A stretch of 39,880 bases of DNA from Archangium sp. (GTDB taxonomy: Bacteria; Myxococcota; Myxococcia; Myxococcales; Myxococcaceae). Of the stretch, positions 28,711 to 38,179 are shown in pieces. Where the stretch lies: NCBI GenBank assembly GCA_031367385.1, contig JANLPS010000161.1, positions 1 through 39,880 of the forward strand, written 5' to 3'. Below the pieces are notes generated by a model that saw only the letters and a program-made list of their open reading frames with translations, was not told where the DNA came from and ran no database searches. The number at the start of each line of letters is the position of its first letter. Position 1 is the first letter of the stretch. A program made the translations under genes and the position numbers.

Positions 28711-30291
28711 CTACTGAATGAAGTTCTTGGCTTCTTCGAGCCAGACCTTGGCCAACGCGGTCTGATTCGCGGCCTTGAGACGCTTCTCGACGTCGTTCAA
28801 AATCGCATTCATCTGCTCGCGAGGCGCCTGCTGAGCCTTCATGCGAATCAAGCCGTACACCATCGTCTGGCACGCACCGGCGTAATCTTTCTTCGCGAAC
28901 GCGATCTCGCCCATCGCCAAATAGGCTTCGGCGATCTGCCCCGACCCGTCTGGGGGCGTGATGTCCAACAAGATTTCGCGGGCCTTGTCGTAGTCTTTCT
29001 TCGAGAGCAGCAGCGCGCCCTTGGCGTAATAGGCCTTGGTCAGGTTCAGGTTCTTCGCTTCGATGGCCTTGTCGTACGCGGTCATCGCAAGGTCGACCTT
29101 GCCGGTGTCTCGGAGCACGTCGCCCCGGGTGAGCCAATACCGGTCGTCGCGATCGAGAAAGGTGACCTCTTTGCCTTCGGCGGTTTGGTTCTTCACGCTC
29201 TTGAAGAAGGCTTCGTACTTGTCGAGCAGCGCCAACGCCGCGTCGCCCTGGCCCACGGCCAGCAGGTTCTTCGCGCCTTCGAAGTAGAACACCGGAGCCG
29301 AGGGCTCCTTCGTCACCACCTCGGAGAACGCCGCCGCCGCGCCCGGGTCTTTCTTCGCCGCCAGGGCGTTGGCCTTCGCAAAGCTCGCCCACACGTCTTT
29401 CGGGTTGAGCCCCAACGCCTGATTCGCGAGGGTGATCGCTTGATCTGATTGGGTCTCGAGGTTGGCGATGTGCGCCTGCACCGTCAGAGCCCGCGCGCGC
29501 AGCGGAGGCGAGAGCTCGGCGTCATGGGCCTGCACGTCTTTCACCATGTTCGCCGCATCACCGACGCGGTCTTTCTTCATCACGCGCGCAAGCGACACGC
29601 CGAGCTTGGCGCGAAAATATTCGGCGTTGGTGCCCAGCGACTTGTTGAAGGTGTCGATGGCCCCCGGCACGCCCTCTTCGAGAATCGCCTCGGCCCACGC
29701 AGAGCTGTACTGAGGGTCTTTCCACGCTTTGTCGATGGCGTTGGTCAGGCCTGTCTTGGCGAGCTGCAGGTTGCCCTGCGCCTTGTACGCCATGCCCTGT
29801 GCGTACGAGAGCTTCGCGCTGTTCGCGCCCTTCTTGCGTAGCTCTTCGACGAAGGTCTCGGCTTGTTTGGCCTGGCCGGTCGCCAACAGCTGCAACGCTT
29901 CGGCGCCGTAGCGCTCTTCGGTCTTGGCTTCGGCCTTCTTGCTGCGCTCGAGGTACTCTTTGGCCTTCGCGTCGGCGCCCGGCTCGGCGTGCAGCAGCCA
30001 CAGGTCAGTCTCGATCGACGCGGCCAGCGCCAAGGCGTCGCCGCTGCTCGAGTCTTTGGCCACTGCGTCTTCAGCCAGCTTGAGCCCCTTGCGAAGGTCA
30101 GCAGGGTTGCCGCGAATGGCCGCGACCCGCGCCTCCTTGATCAGCTCGCCCAGCTCACGCTTCGAGGTGCCCCGACGGTAAATAAGCACCACCGCGAGAG
30201 CGAGAATGACTCCGACCACGGCAATCTGAACGAGCGCGGAGGGCAGGCTTTCGCGCTTCTTCCAGTCGGTTTTCGGAGAATCTGCAGCCAT
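28711..30291 (-). CDS. Membrane-anchored tetratricopeptide repeat protein
   Basis: Single N-terminal TM followed by many TPR motifs (e.g. YWLTRGDVLRDTGKVDLAMTAYDKAIE; AYYAKGALLLSKKDYDKA). Confidence 0.9.
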   Translation of the reverse strand: MAADSPKTDWKKRESLPSALVQIAVVGVILALAVVLIYRRGTSKRELGELIKEARVAAIRGNPADLRKGLKLAEDAVAKDSSSGDALALAASIETDLWLLHAEPGADAKAKEYLERSKKAEAKTEERYGAEALQLLATGQAKQAETFVEELRKKGANSAKLSYAQGMAYKAQGNLQLAKTGLTNAIDKAWKDPQYSSAWAEAILEEGVPGAIDTFNKSLGTNAEYFRAKLGVSLARVMKKDRVGDAANMVKDVQAHDAELSPPLRARALTVQAHIANLETQSDQAITLANQALGLNPKDVWASFAKANALAAKKDPGAAAAFSEVVTKEPSAPVFYFEGAKNLLAVGQGDAALALLDKYEAFFKSVKNQTAEGKEVTFLDRDDRYWLTRGDVLRDTGKVDLAMTAYDKAIEAKNLNLTKAYYAKGALLLSKKDYDKAREILLDITPPDGSGQIAEAYLAMGEIAFAKKDYAGACQTMVYGLIRMKAQQAPREQMNAILNDVEKRLKAANQTALAKVWLEEAKNFIQ

Positions 30292-30336
30292 CTGAAGCCT
30301 CGAGACGAAGAAGAAAAACCCTTTGAAAAGCGCGGT

Positions 30337-30366
30337 CATATATCGATGCGCTTTCGACGGAGTCAA
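30337..30366 (-). promoter_or_regulatory. Possible sigma70-type promoter for the TPR gene
   Basis: TTGACT-N18-TATATG on the minus strand, ~45 nt upstream of the ATG at 30291. Confidence 0.35.
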
Positions 30367-30378
30367 CGGAAGTCAGCA

Positions 30379-31017
30379 TCAGTAAGGCTGATACGGCGCC
30401 CTCGGGCGTGAAACCCACTTCTGTACGCTGGGCCGTTGCCAGTTGGCCTCGGCGTAGGTCTTGAGCGCGGGCGGGAGCAGATCGCCGTTCACGTTGAGCC
30501 GCTGGAGCATGATCGACAGGTCGAGATCGGCCAGGCACCAGGCGTCGAAGAGGGTGGTGCCGTGAATCAGCGGGGTGACGGCGGCGATCAACCGCTGTTT
30601 GGCCTGTTGGCCCTTCACCGACAGCGGGGCCTCGGTGTGCGCGTAGAAGATGGTGTGGGTGGCGCGCTCTTCGCGAAGCGGCATCAGGTCGCTGCGAAGC
30701 CAGGCCATGATTTCGCGAGCGATGCCCCGCTGCTGCAAATTCTCGGGGAAGAGCCGCGGGTACTTGGGGAAAGGAAAGGTCTCGGCGAGGTATTCGGCGA
30801 TGGCCGACGATTCGGCGAGCTCGAATGACCCGTGGCGCAAAGCGGGCACCCGGCCGGTTCGCGCCGTGTACCCCGACTTCTGGTGCTCTTTGGTTTGGAG
30901 CGCGACCGGCGTGGCGGTGAACGGCAGCCCCTTCTCCTCGAGCGCGACGAAGGCGCTCATGGCGTACGGGCTTATCCAGAAGGCGTCGACGAACAGGGTC
31001 AGCGGCGCATCGGTCAT
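30379..31017 (-). CDS. yfcF: Glutathione S-transferase, YfcF-like
   Basis: SPYAMSAFVALEEKGLPF, RVPAL, ESSAIAEYL, AWLRSDLMPLREER.T, W.LADLDL..ML.RL and W.RPSV..W. Confidence 0.92.
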   Translation of the reverse strand: MTDAPLTLFVDAFWISPYAMSAFVALEEKGLPFTATPVALQTKEHQKSGYTARTGRVPALRHGSFELAESSAIAEYLAETFPFPKYPRLFPENLQQRGIAREIMAWLRSDLMPLREERATHTIFYAHTEAPLSVKGQQAKQRLIAAVTPLIHGTTLFDAWCLADLDLSIMLQRLNVNGDLLPPALKTYAEANWQRPSVQKWVSRPRAPYQPY

Positions 31018-31073
31018 GGCGGCTCGCGTAGCACGCCGCGTGGCGCGTTTTTCAAGTATGAAAGCCACAGCCC

Positions 31074-31688
31074 ATGCGCATCGCGTTGAGCCTGTCGACT
31101 CTGCTGCTGGCCATCGGGTGCGTGACAGCGCGGCCGCTCCCGGGGTTCGTGGTGTTGCCGCAGTCGGTCTCTGAGACTGACCCGTCGATTCACTGGTACG
31201 ACGTCAGTGGCTCGACCCGGCCCGAGCTGCGCGCCCGCCTCGACGAGCTGGGCCCGTTCGACATCGATGGCAAACGCCACGATGCCTACACTGAGTGGTT
31301 CGTCAGCTCGCACTTGTCATTCGTCGAGGTGCCCGAGGGCTGCAAGGTCGCTTCGGTGAGCACCAGCGTGCGGGTCACCGTCACGCTGCCCCGCTGGGAG
31401 GCCAATGACGAGAGCGACCCGGTGCTCGTGGGCCAATGGCGCGACTACCTCGACGCCTTGTGGGTTCATGAGAACGGCCACCGCGACACCGGGGCGAAGG
31501 CCGCGGCTGAGATCGAAGCGGTGTTGCCGACGTTGCCTGCGCGGCCGAGCTGCGCCGATGCCGAGAGCGTCGCGAAGCAGGCGGCCAATGAGGTGCTCGC
31601 GCGGCACCGAATGGCCGACCGCACGTACGATGAAGAGACGCACCACGGCGCGATGCAGGGCGCCTCGTTTCCCGCGTCGGTGTTCTGA
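31074..31688 (+). CDS. DUF922 family secreted Zn-dependent protease-like lipoprotein
   Basis: Lipobox-like AIGC, Y.VSG.T..EL...L...GP, A.T.W, LPRW, HENGH (HExxH) and YD..T.HG. Confidence 0.85.
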   Translation: MRIALSLSTLLLAIGCVTARPLPGFVVLPQSVSETDPSIHWYDVSGSTRPELRARLDELGPFDIDGKRHDAYTEWFVSSHLSFVEVPEGCKVASVSTSVRVTVTLPRWEANDESDPVLVGQWRDYLDALWVHENGHRDTGAKAAAEIEAVLPTLPARPSCADAESVAKQAANEVLARHRMADRTYDEETHHGAMQGASFPASVF

Positions 31689-31692
31689 GACT

Positions 31693-32148
31693 TTAGTCCC
31701 ACCCGTACCAGTGCTGGGTGTGTGAATCGTAGACGCACTTGGTCATGAACACGCCCTGGCAGATCAAGTGAAACCCGGTCGGCCGCAGCGAGTAGCTGTG
31801 ACAGCCTGAGGCCTTGAGCTCGTCATGGAGCACCTCGGCGCTCTCTGGGTAAGACTGATGGGCCAGCTTCCACTGCTCGAGCCCGGTGATGAGTGGCTGT
31901 GCCTTCGCTTTGACCCACTGGGGAACACCGAGGGTCACCCGCGCTGAGAGCACGAAGCTCAGTGCGAGCACCGGCAGCAGAAAGAGTGCGCGGCGTTGAC
32001 CGCGTCGGGCACCCACCACGAGCGCACCGATCATCGCGCTCAGCATCAGAGGGCTCAGCCACAGCTGCAGCCAGCCGATGGGTTCGAAGAACTGGCCCAG
32101 CACCGGGCCTGCGAAACAGACCGCGGTCAGCACCACCAGCGTGCGCAT
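31693..32148 (-). CDS. Hypothetical membrane protein
   Basis: Three hydrophobic segments followed by P.I..LE.WK..H..YP.S; lies in tandem behind the 32155-32625 gene. Confidence 0.7.
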   Translation of the reverse strand: MRTLVVLTAVCFAGPVLGQFFEPIGWLQLWLSPLMLSAMIGALVVGARRGQRRALFLLPVLALSFVLSARVTLGVPQWVKAKAQPLITGLEQWKLAHQSYPESAEVLHDELKASGCHSYSLRPTGFHLICQGVFMTKCVYDSHTQHWYGWD

Positions 32149-32154
32149 GCGGCG

Positions 32155-32625
32155 TTAAATACCGCTGATGATCTTCCAGTCGCGCTCACCGGCTCGGTGA
32201 AAGAACATCTGCTTGATGTCGGTCTCGGTCTGGGTCTTCTGCGTGTATTGCGGCGTACGAAAGGTCATCGAGTAGGTGTAGGTGACCTTCGCGTTCTCGG
32301 CAGTCTCGTCGTACTCGACCTTGCGCACGGTGATGTCGAGGCGCACATCGTCGAGCTTGCTGAAGCGCGCGGGCAGCTTGGTGCGCAGCGAGGCGTAGTC
32401 GAGATCATCGTCGGGCAGGGTGCTGCCACCGTCGTCGCGAAAGGTCTGATCAACCAGCTTGATGATCTCTTCGCTGTTTCGCGCTTCGACCGCGGTGCGG
32501 TACTTGGTCATCACGTCGAGAATGAGCCGGGTCTCGCCGGTGTCATCGATGTCGGTGCCGGGTATCTTTTTGGCGGTGCAGGCGCAGAGCGACAGGGCGA
32601 TGAGGGCAGTCAGGGGCAGGCGCAT
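32155..32625 (-). CDS. NTF2-like fold lipoprotein
   Basis: GGAG SD, lipobox LCAC, IPGT.I.DT...R.I..V...YR.A.E and C-terminal W.I.SG. Confidence 0.82.
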   Translation of the reverse strand: MRLPLTALIALSLCACTAKKIPGTDIDDTGETRLILDVMTKYRTAVEARNSEEIIKLVDQTFRDDGGSTLPDDDLDYASLRTKLPARFSKLDDVRLDITVRKVEYDETAENAKVTYTYSMTFRTPQYTQKTQTETDIKQMFFHRAGERDWKIISGI

Positions 32626-32690
32626 TGGGGGCTCCAACAAGACGTTTTGAATCGACATTCCACCGTCAGCGACGGCGGGTGGCTTCAGTT

Positions 32691-33227
32691 TCAGGCCGGT
32701 TTCGCGGCCGGGCGCATGACCTCGGTGAGAAACCGGTTCATCACCGGCACTTCGCCGTCGAGAATCTTGAGGCCCTCGCGTTGAATCAGGGGCTCACCGA
32801 TCAACGCCACCGGCTTCAAGAAAAACGGGAGCTTCAGTGAGATCTCCCCGTCCATCGTGCGCTCGCAGATGCCGCCGACGTCGCGCAGGCGCAGGGTGCC
32901 GACGTTGTGCAGCATCGAGCTGATGGTGTGCGAGGTCGGGGTGTTCTTGAAGGTCAGCTCGTGCCGGTTGCGGTCGTAGGTGCTCTCTTCGATGAACGCG
33001 AACAACTCGGGCGGCACTTTCTTGGGGCCAATCGACTCGATCACCGGCTTCGGGCGATAGCGAATCTTGCGTTTCACCTTGGTGCCGTCGTCTTGCTTTT
33101 CGAGCACTTTGGCCTCGAGCAGCACGCCGTGGTGCTTGAGCAAGAAGTCGGTGTAGCGGTCATCGAGCAACGCGGCTTCGACTTCAGCGAGCGTACCTTG
33201 GTATTTGTGACGGGCTTCGAAACGCAT
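32691..33227 (-). CDS. DUF2505-like (START/SRPBCC fold) protein
   Basis: MRFEARH start, then F.EES.YD, G.L.L...G..C.R...G.I.LK.P and G..E..I. Confidence 0.75.
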   Translation of the reverse strand: MRFEARHKYQGTLAEVEAALLDDRYTDFLLKHHGVLLEAKVLEKQDDGTKVKRKIRYRPKPVIESIGPKKVPPELFAFIEESTYDRNRHELTFKNTPTSHTISSMLHNVGTLRLRDVGGICERTMDGEISLKLPFFLKPVALIGEPLIQREGLKILDGEVPVMNRFLTEVMRPAAKPA

Positions 33228-33261
33228 GACGGCAGCGCTTAGCAGCAAATGTCGAGCGTCG

Positions 33262-35421
33262 TCACTTGAAGTCGCAGCGTTGTACCCAGTCGTCAGCGCG
33301 GGCTCCGAAGGCGGTGTTGAGGGCTTTCGCCTCGAGCGCCAGCGCACGAACGCGATCGCAGCGATCGGCGCGCCACGCCATTTCAATCGCCAGTCGCAGC
33401 GTCTCTCGCCGCAGGGTCTCGGCTTGTGGGGCGCCGAGGGCTTCGTCGAGGTACCGCAGCGCCTCGACCGGAGCGTCTGACTGCGCCAACCTGCGGCCCA
33501 GCAAATAGGTCAGCGTCGCGTCGTGCGGAGACGCATCGAGCGCATCGCGCAAGAGGTACGCGCCGAGGCCGGTGGTCTCTGCGCTCGCAGTCAAGAAGCG
33601 TCGCACGGCTTCGGCGCCCGGTGGAGGCAACGCCATCGCCGAGAGCCGAACGTTCGCAGCCCGGTCAACCGCTGGAGAAACGTGGGACGCGACGATTCGC
33701 TGCAGCAGCGCCTGCGCAGTCACCACGTCACCTCGAAGCAGCGCGAGATCAGCGAGCGCCAACGCCGCGTCAGCCCACGACGTCGGAGCGTCTTTGACCC
33801 GCTCTGCCAGCGCCTCGAGCCCGGCCTTGGCCTCATCGACTCGCCCGAGCCGACGCAGCATCTCGGCGCGCGCCAATTCATGCGCCGGTTCTTGCGGTTG
33901 AATCGAGTGACATCGCTCGTAGTCTTCGAGCGCACGCGCCGGGTCATCGCGTGCCGTGGAGGCGGCATCGGCGGTCAGCGTGGCCACTTCACGAGCACAC
34001 GGCCGTTCGAACACGCTGCCTTGCTTGAACCGCGCGAAGGCCTGATTCACCGCCGCGGGGTCGAGGGGCACGTGCTCGAGAAAGGCCTCATAGTCGGTGA
34101 CCAGGTCGGCCAACGGCCTGCCGTACACGCCGACGAAATCGCCGCGTCGGTAGAGCGCGAGCAGCTTGTCACCGCCATGCGTTTCACCGAGCCAGCGCAA
34201 GAACGAACCGGCCGAAGTGTAGGCGCGCGAGGCGGGCGCTGAATAGAAACCCGACGGCTCGAGCAGCACCCGAAGGTCGGGCAGCAGGTGTTGCTTCTTC
34301 ATCGCGGCGGCCCACTCGTGAAGCGTCAGATCATCGACCGGGTTGTCTCCTGCGACCGCGAGGCCTTCGATCAACCCGACGTACGGTGACAGGCCGAAGA
34401 TCGTGGCGGTGACGCCGAACGGAGCTGAGCCGAACGGCGCCGCCATCGCGTGCATCAGCTCGTGCTTGATCACCGGGTGTGGAAACGAGGTGTCGTTGAC
34501 GTGCACTTCGCGCCGCCACGGCTTCGAAAATTGAGTGTGCTCGGCGCCGACGAGCTGCTGTTTCTCAGCGGCACTCCGGTACAGCCACACGGTGACCTTG
34601 CCCGGCGGAGAACCCCCCAGGAATTTCGAGATCTGCGAGTGCCGAAACTCGAGGTCGCGGGCGAAGCGGTCGGGCTCGGTCATGCCGCGCGGGTGGTGAA
34701 AGACGAAGTGCTCGGTCTCTCGCAGGCCTCCCAGTCGCAGCGCGAGCTCGTCGTCGCTCATGCGAAACCCCAGCGCGGTGCCATTGAATTCGATGCCGAA
34801 AAAGACGAGCGCCGCGGGCGCCCAGAGGCGAGGGAGCCGTGCCGCCAGCCCGGCGAAGAGCAGCCCGAGCGCGACCGACCCCACCCGAAACCACAGCAAC
34901 GCCGGAGTGATGCGCAGCGTCTCGTCGTACAGCGGCCCGGGGAAGTAGCCGCCGAAGTGATTGAAGGCGAACACCTGCGGCCCGAAGAGAATCGGCCACA
35001 CCGTGCTCACCGCCGAGACGAGAATCAACCCGAGCGCGAGCAGCAGCCGCTTCCACCAGCGGGTGGAAATCGAGGCGATGAACGCTCCCGCGCTCGACGC
35101 GACGAAGGCCGAGATCACCGCCAACAGGGGGAAAAAACCAATCGCGGCGAAGGGGTTGCAAGGCGTGGCTCGAAGCGTGGCGAGCAGCAGCGCAGGCAGC
35201 ATGCTCAGCGTAAAGGTCGCGGTGTGACGCGCGACGACGAAGACCGGCTGTCGGTGCGGCGCATACGCCGTGAACACCGTGCCCACCACCCCGTACATGA
35301 TCGCGAGGGCCGCTGAAAACTCATAGCCGGGGAGCCCGACCAGAGGCAGAGTGACCAGGCCGCAGGCCGCGAGCGCGAAGATGATGTGAACGGCCCATTC
35401 GCGGTGGTCTTTAAGCCGCAC
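33262..35421 (-). CDS. Multi-pass membrane protein with gluzincin-type metallopeptidase domain and TPR C-terminus
   Basis: About 7 N-terminal TM helices, then ETEHF.FHH, HELMH (HExxH) with downstream EGLAVA, Y..AGSF..WL and TPR-like helices. Confidence 0.8.
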   Translation of the reverse strand: MRLKDHREWAVHIIFALAACGLVTLPLVGLPGYEFSAALAIMYGVVGTVFTAYAPHRQPVFVVARHTATFTLSMLPALLLATLRATPCNPFAAIGFFPLLAVISAFVASSAGAFIASISTRWWKRLLLALGLILVSAVSTVWPILFGPQVFAFNHFGGYFPGPLYDETLRITPALLWFRVGSVALGLLFAGLAARLPRLWAPAALVFFGIEFNGTALGFRMSDDELALRLGGLRETEHFVFHHPRGMTEPDRFARDLEFRHSQISKFLGGSPPGKVTVWLYRSAAEKQQLVGAEHTQFSKPWRREVHVNDTSFPHPVIKHELMHAMAAPFGSAPFGVTATIFGLSPYVGLIEGLAVAGDNPVDDLTLHEWAAAMKKQHLLPDLRVLLEPSGFYSAPASRAYTSAGSFLRWLGETHGGDKLLALYRRGDFVGVYGRPLADLVTDYEAFLEHVPLDPAAVNQAFARFKQGSVFERPCAREVATLTADAASTARDDPARALEDYERCHSIQPQEPAHELARAEMLRRLGRVDEAKAGLEALAERVKDAPTSWADAALALADLALLRGDVVTAQALLQRIVASHVSPAVDRAANVRLSAMALPPPGAEAVRRFLTASAETTGLGAYLLRDALDASPHDATLTYLLGRRLAQSDAPVEALRYLDEALGAPQAETLRRETLRLAIEMAWRADRCDRVRALALEAKALNTAFGARADDWVQRCDFK

Positions 35422-35472
35422 GGGTCGCGTATATCGCGCGACCTCAAAGCGGTGGGCATATAGTGAGGATTC

Positions 35473-35871
35473 ATGGCGGAAACGAAACCCGGACCCGAAG
35501 GGCGCGTGCAGAACCGGGCGCCCATCGAATTGAAGGTCGATTACAAGAAGCTCAATTCTTTCTTCGCCGACAACACCAAGAACATCAGCAAAGGCGGCAC
35601 CTTCATCAAGACCAAGAAACCGCTGCCGATTGGCACCCGGTTCTTGTTCAAGCTCTCAGTGCCTCAGCGAACCGACCCCTTCGAGCTCGTCGGAGAAGTC
35701 GTCTGGTCGACCATCGAAGGTGACGAGCCGGGCATGGGCATCAAGTTCGTGTACTCCGATGATCGGCAGCGCAGCGACTTCGAGGGCCTGGTCGAGGCGT
35801 TGATGTCGACCAGCCTGGGCGCAGATCTGGCCGGCAAGCTGCTCAACAAGTCGGCGCCTCCGAAAGCATGA
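35473..35871 (+). CDS. PilZ-domain protein (TIGR02266 myxobacterial family)
   Basis: RVQNR (RxxxR), NISKGG (D/NxSxxG), then FI.T..PLP.GT.F.F.L..P, GEV.W and PGMGI.F. Confidence 0.9.
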   Translation: MAETKPGPEGRVQNRAPIELKVDYKKLNSFFADNTKNISKGGTFIKTKKPLPIGTRFLFKLSVPQRTDPFELVGEVVWSTIEGDEPGMGIKFVYSDDRQRSDFEGLVEALMSTSLGADLAGKLLNKSAPPKA

Positions 35872-36419
35872 AGCGCCGGGCCGTGTTGGCCACTCTGGTG
35901 GTGGCCCTGCTCAGCTGCCGCGGAGCCGAGGGCAAACCTCCGCTCCGCCCGACGCCTCCGCCGGTCGCGAAGTCGCGAACCGCGGAGGTCACTGAAGAGA
36001 ACTACAACGCACCGCCGCTGCCTCGGGCCCGCATCACGGTGACCGATGCGTACGGTGGCAAGCACCCAGTCGAATGCGAAGTCGCGCACACCTCTGAGTC
36101 GCGCACGCGCGGGTTGATGTGGCGTACCGAATTGCCCGAAGGCAAGGGGATGATCTTTCTCTTCCCCGCTGAGGACACGCTGACGTTTTGGATGAAGAAC
36201 ACGCTGATACCGCTCGACATGATCTTCATCACCGCCGGCAAGAAGGTCGCTGGGTGTGTCGAACAGGCCGAGCCTCGAACGCTGAGCTCTCGTGGCGTTG
36301 GCCGGCCGTCGCAGTTCGTGCTCGAGGTGCCGTCGGGCTGGTGCGCGAAGGTCGGCGTCAAGCCGGGCTCGCCGGTGCTGTTCGAGGGCACTGACACCCT
36401 GAAAATCAGTGCCGAATAA
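35868..36419 (+). CDS. DUF192 domain lipoprotein
   Basis: Lipobox LLSC, EVA.T...R.RGLM.R..L....GM.F.F, FWMKNT.IPLDMIF and VLEV..G; ATGA overlap with the PilZ gene. Confidence 0.92.
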   Translation: MKRRAVLATLVVALLSCRGAEGKPPLRPTPPPVAKSRTAEVTEENYNAPPLPRARITVTDAYGGKHPVECEVAHTSESRTRGLMWRTELPEGKGMIFLFPAEDTLTFWMKNTLIPLDMIFITAGKKVAGCVEQAEPRTLSSRGVGRPSQFVLEVPSGWCAKVGVKPGSPVLFEGTDTLKISAE

Positions 36420-36420
36420 G

Positions 36421-36470
36421 AAAAGGGGACAGGCTGGTTTATGCATAAACCAGCCTGTCCCCTTTTTTTT
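36421..36470. terminator. 46-bp perfect palindrome acting as a probable bidirectional terminator
   Basis: AAAAGGGGACAGGCTGGTTTATG|CATAAACCAGCCTGTCCCCTTTT (36421-36466) followed by more Ts, between convergent genes. Confidence 0.8.
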
Positions 36471-36496
36471 CGGCAGCTGGTGCTGAGCCTCGCGCG

Positions 36497-36865
36497 CTAT
36501 CGAACGCGAATGTTCGCGTTGCCGAGGCCGACGCTCACTGACTGATTCGGGTCGCGCATCACGCCCGGAGGCACGCACTGCGCTCGATCTTTGAGTGAGA
36601 ACCCACCGACGCCCATGACGTGCACGCCGCCTGCATCGTGCGAAACGTCTTTCGCGACGACCAGGTTGTCTTTCATCAGCACGCAGCGATCTTCGTCGTA
36701 GTACCAACTCGCATAGCCTTGGTCGTACGACCGAATTTCAGCGGGCCCTCGGCCACCCATCGCCTCGGCGACTTCTTGCCCGTTCATACCCGGGTAAATG
36801 CCGCGGAAGCCGGTTGCACAACCCACTGCAGACACTGCCAAAACAGCCATCATGAGCATTCGCAT
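36497..36865 (-). CDS. Small lipoprotein (SmpA/OmlA-like motif)
   Basis: Lipobox-like AVGC and I.PGM..QEV...MG...P.......WYY. Confidence 0.75.
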   Translation of the reverse strand: MRMLMMAVLAVSAVGCATGFRGIYPGMNGQEVAEAMGGRGPAEIRSYDQGYASWYYDEDRCVLMKDNLVVAKDVSHDAGGVHVMGVGGFSLKDRAQCVPPGVMRDPNQSVSVGLGNANIRVR

Positions 36866-36896
36866 GGGGCGTCCGACGCGAGGCCCCCAGCCTTAT

Positions 36897-38150
36897 TCAC
36901 TGCTCGCTAGAACTTATTTTGGCGCCCGCCTCGGTGCGTGCTTCGGAGGCAGAACCGACCGGTGCAACCGCCTGAAATGTTTCGCGAGTTTTGACTTCTT
37001 GAACCGCCGCCTCGTGCGCCGCCAGCTCAGCTGAAGTCGCTACGGCGTGCGCCAATTTCGCTTCATCGGCCTGTGAAAGCGCCAGCGCATTGAGCTTTCG
37101 CGACACCGCGCTCATCTCGGCGGCCCGAATCGACGTGTGCGACGAGCGCATGCCGATCAACGCGACGCGGGCCCGCTCCAGCAGCGCCACCTGCGACTTG
37201 AGCTTGGCGACGATTCGCTCTCGTTTCAGCTTCATCTCATCGAGCCGCGAGATTTCTTCAGTCAGCGACTCGGCGGCCATTTCGAGCTGCCTCCGCGCGA
37301 CCGGGTCTTTGGCCTCTTTCGCGCTCTGCGTCAGCTCAGCGACCTCCTTCTGCAAATCAGAGTGCGCGTCTTCATGCAGCTGCGCCTCGACGCCTGACCA
37401 CTCCGCCGCCAGGTCGACCGCGTCACGGGTGAGCTTCGAGACGGTGCGAGCCAGCTCTTCACGCGCCGCTTCGCGAGGCAGCGCCGCCAACGACTGGCCG
37501 CACTGGCGATACAAGGTGAGCGCCTTGGTGGTCTGGGTCTGAAACTCACCCGAGAGCAGCGGGATGATCTCTTCACACCGCGCCTCGACCGGGTCTGACT
37601 TGAGCGCGATGTGCGAAGCCAACGTGCCCAGCCCCGCGAACAGCCCGACGACTGTGCCGGCCGTTGCGAACGCGAGGGGCAATGGCATCGACACATCTTG
37701 CAACCGGCTGAACAGCACATTCGCGATCTCAGTGCCCGCGAGCGCCAGCCCACCGGTCGCCAAAGCGGTCGCGATGTAATGAAACAAGGCCGGTCGATCT
37801 GCGCCGACGCTGCCCTCTTCACCTCGCTCGGCCAGCCGTGACTTGACGATCAACGCACCGGCCGCCGCGCCGGCCATCAGCACCGTCCACGCGGTTGACA
37901 TGCCGAACAACCAGGGCAGGGCGGGCAAGAACACCGACAGAATGGCGAGCATGAGCTTTTCGCTCCGCACGCCACGCACGCAGGCCAACGACGTCGCGGC
38001 GATGGCCAGAAAGCTCAGCGGCACCGGCATGTGCAAACGATTCGAGAGAAAAGCGACCAGGCCAGCTCCCGCCCCGGCGGCGAGCGCCCGGGTCACGTTG
38101 CGCTCGAACTCTTCTCGCTGGTGCAGCTGAATGACGGCGGTGTTCGACAT
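36897..38150 (-). CDS. Membrane protein (about 6 TM) with long cytoplasmic coiled-coil C-terminus
   Basis: GGAG SD, hydrophobic N-terminal half and heptad-rich C-terminal half (DPVARRQLE.A..SL.E....L......RERI.A.L). Confidence 0.82.
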   Translation of the reverse strand: MSNTAVIQLHQREEFERNVTRALAAGAGAGLVAFLSNRLHMPVPLSFLAIAATSLACVRGVRSEKLMLAILSVFLPALPWLFGMSTAWTVLMAGAAAGALIVKSRLAERGEEGSVGADRPALFHYIATALATGGLALAGTEIANVLFSRLQDVSMPLPLAFATAGTVVGLFAGLGTLASHIALKSDPVEARCEEIIPLLSGEFQTQTTKALTLYRQCGQSLAALPREAAREELARTVSKLTRDAVDLAAEWSGVEAQLHEDAHSDLQKEVAELTQSAKEAKDPVARRQLEMAAESLTEEISRLDEMKLKRERIVAKLKSQVALLERARVALIGMRSSHTSIRAAEMSAVSRKLNALALSQADEAKLAHAVATSAELAAHEAAVQEVKTRETFQAVAPVGSASEARTEAGAKISSSEQ

Positions 38151-38179
38151 GGGTTTCAAGGCTCCGAAAGAAGAGAGAG

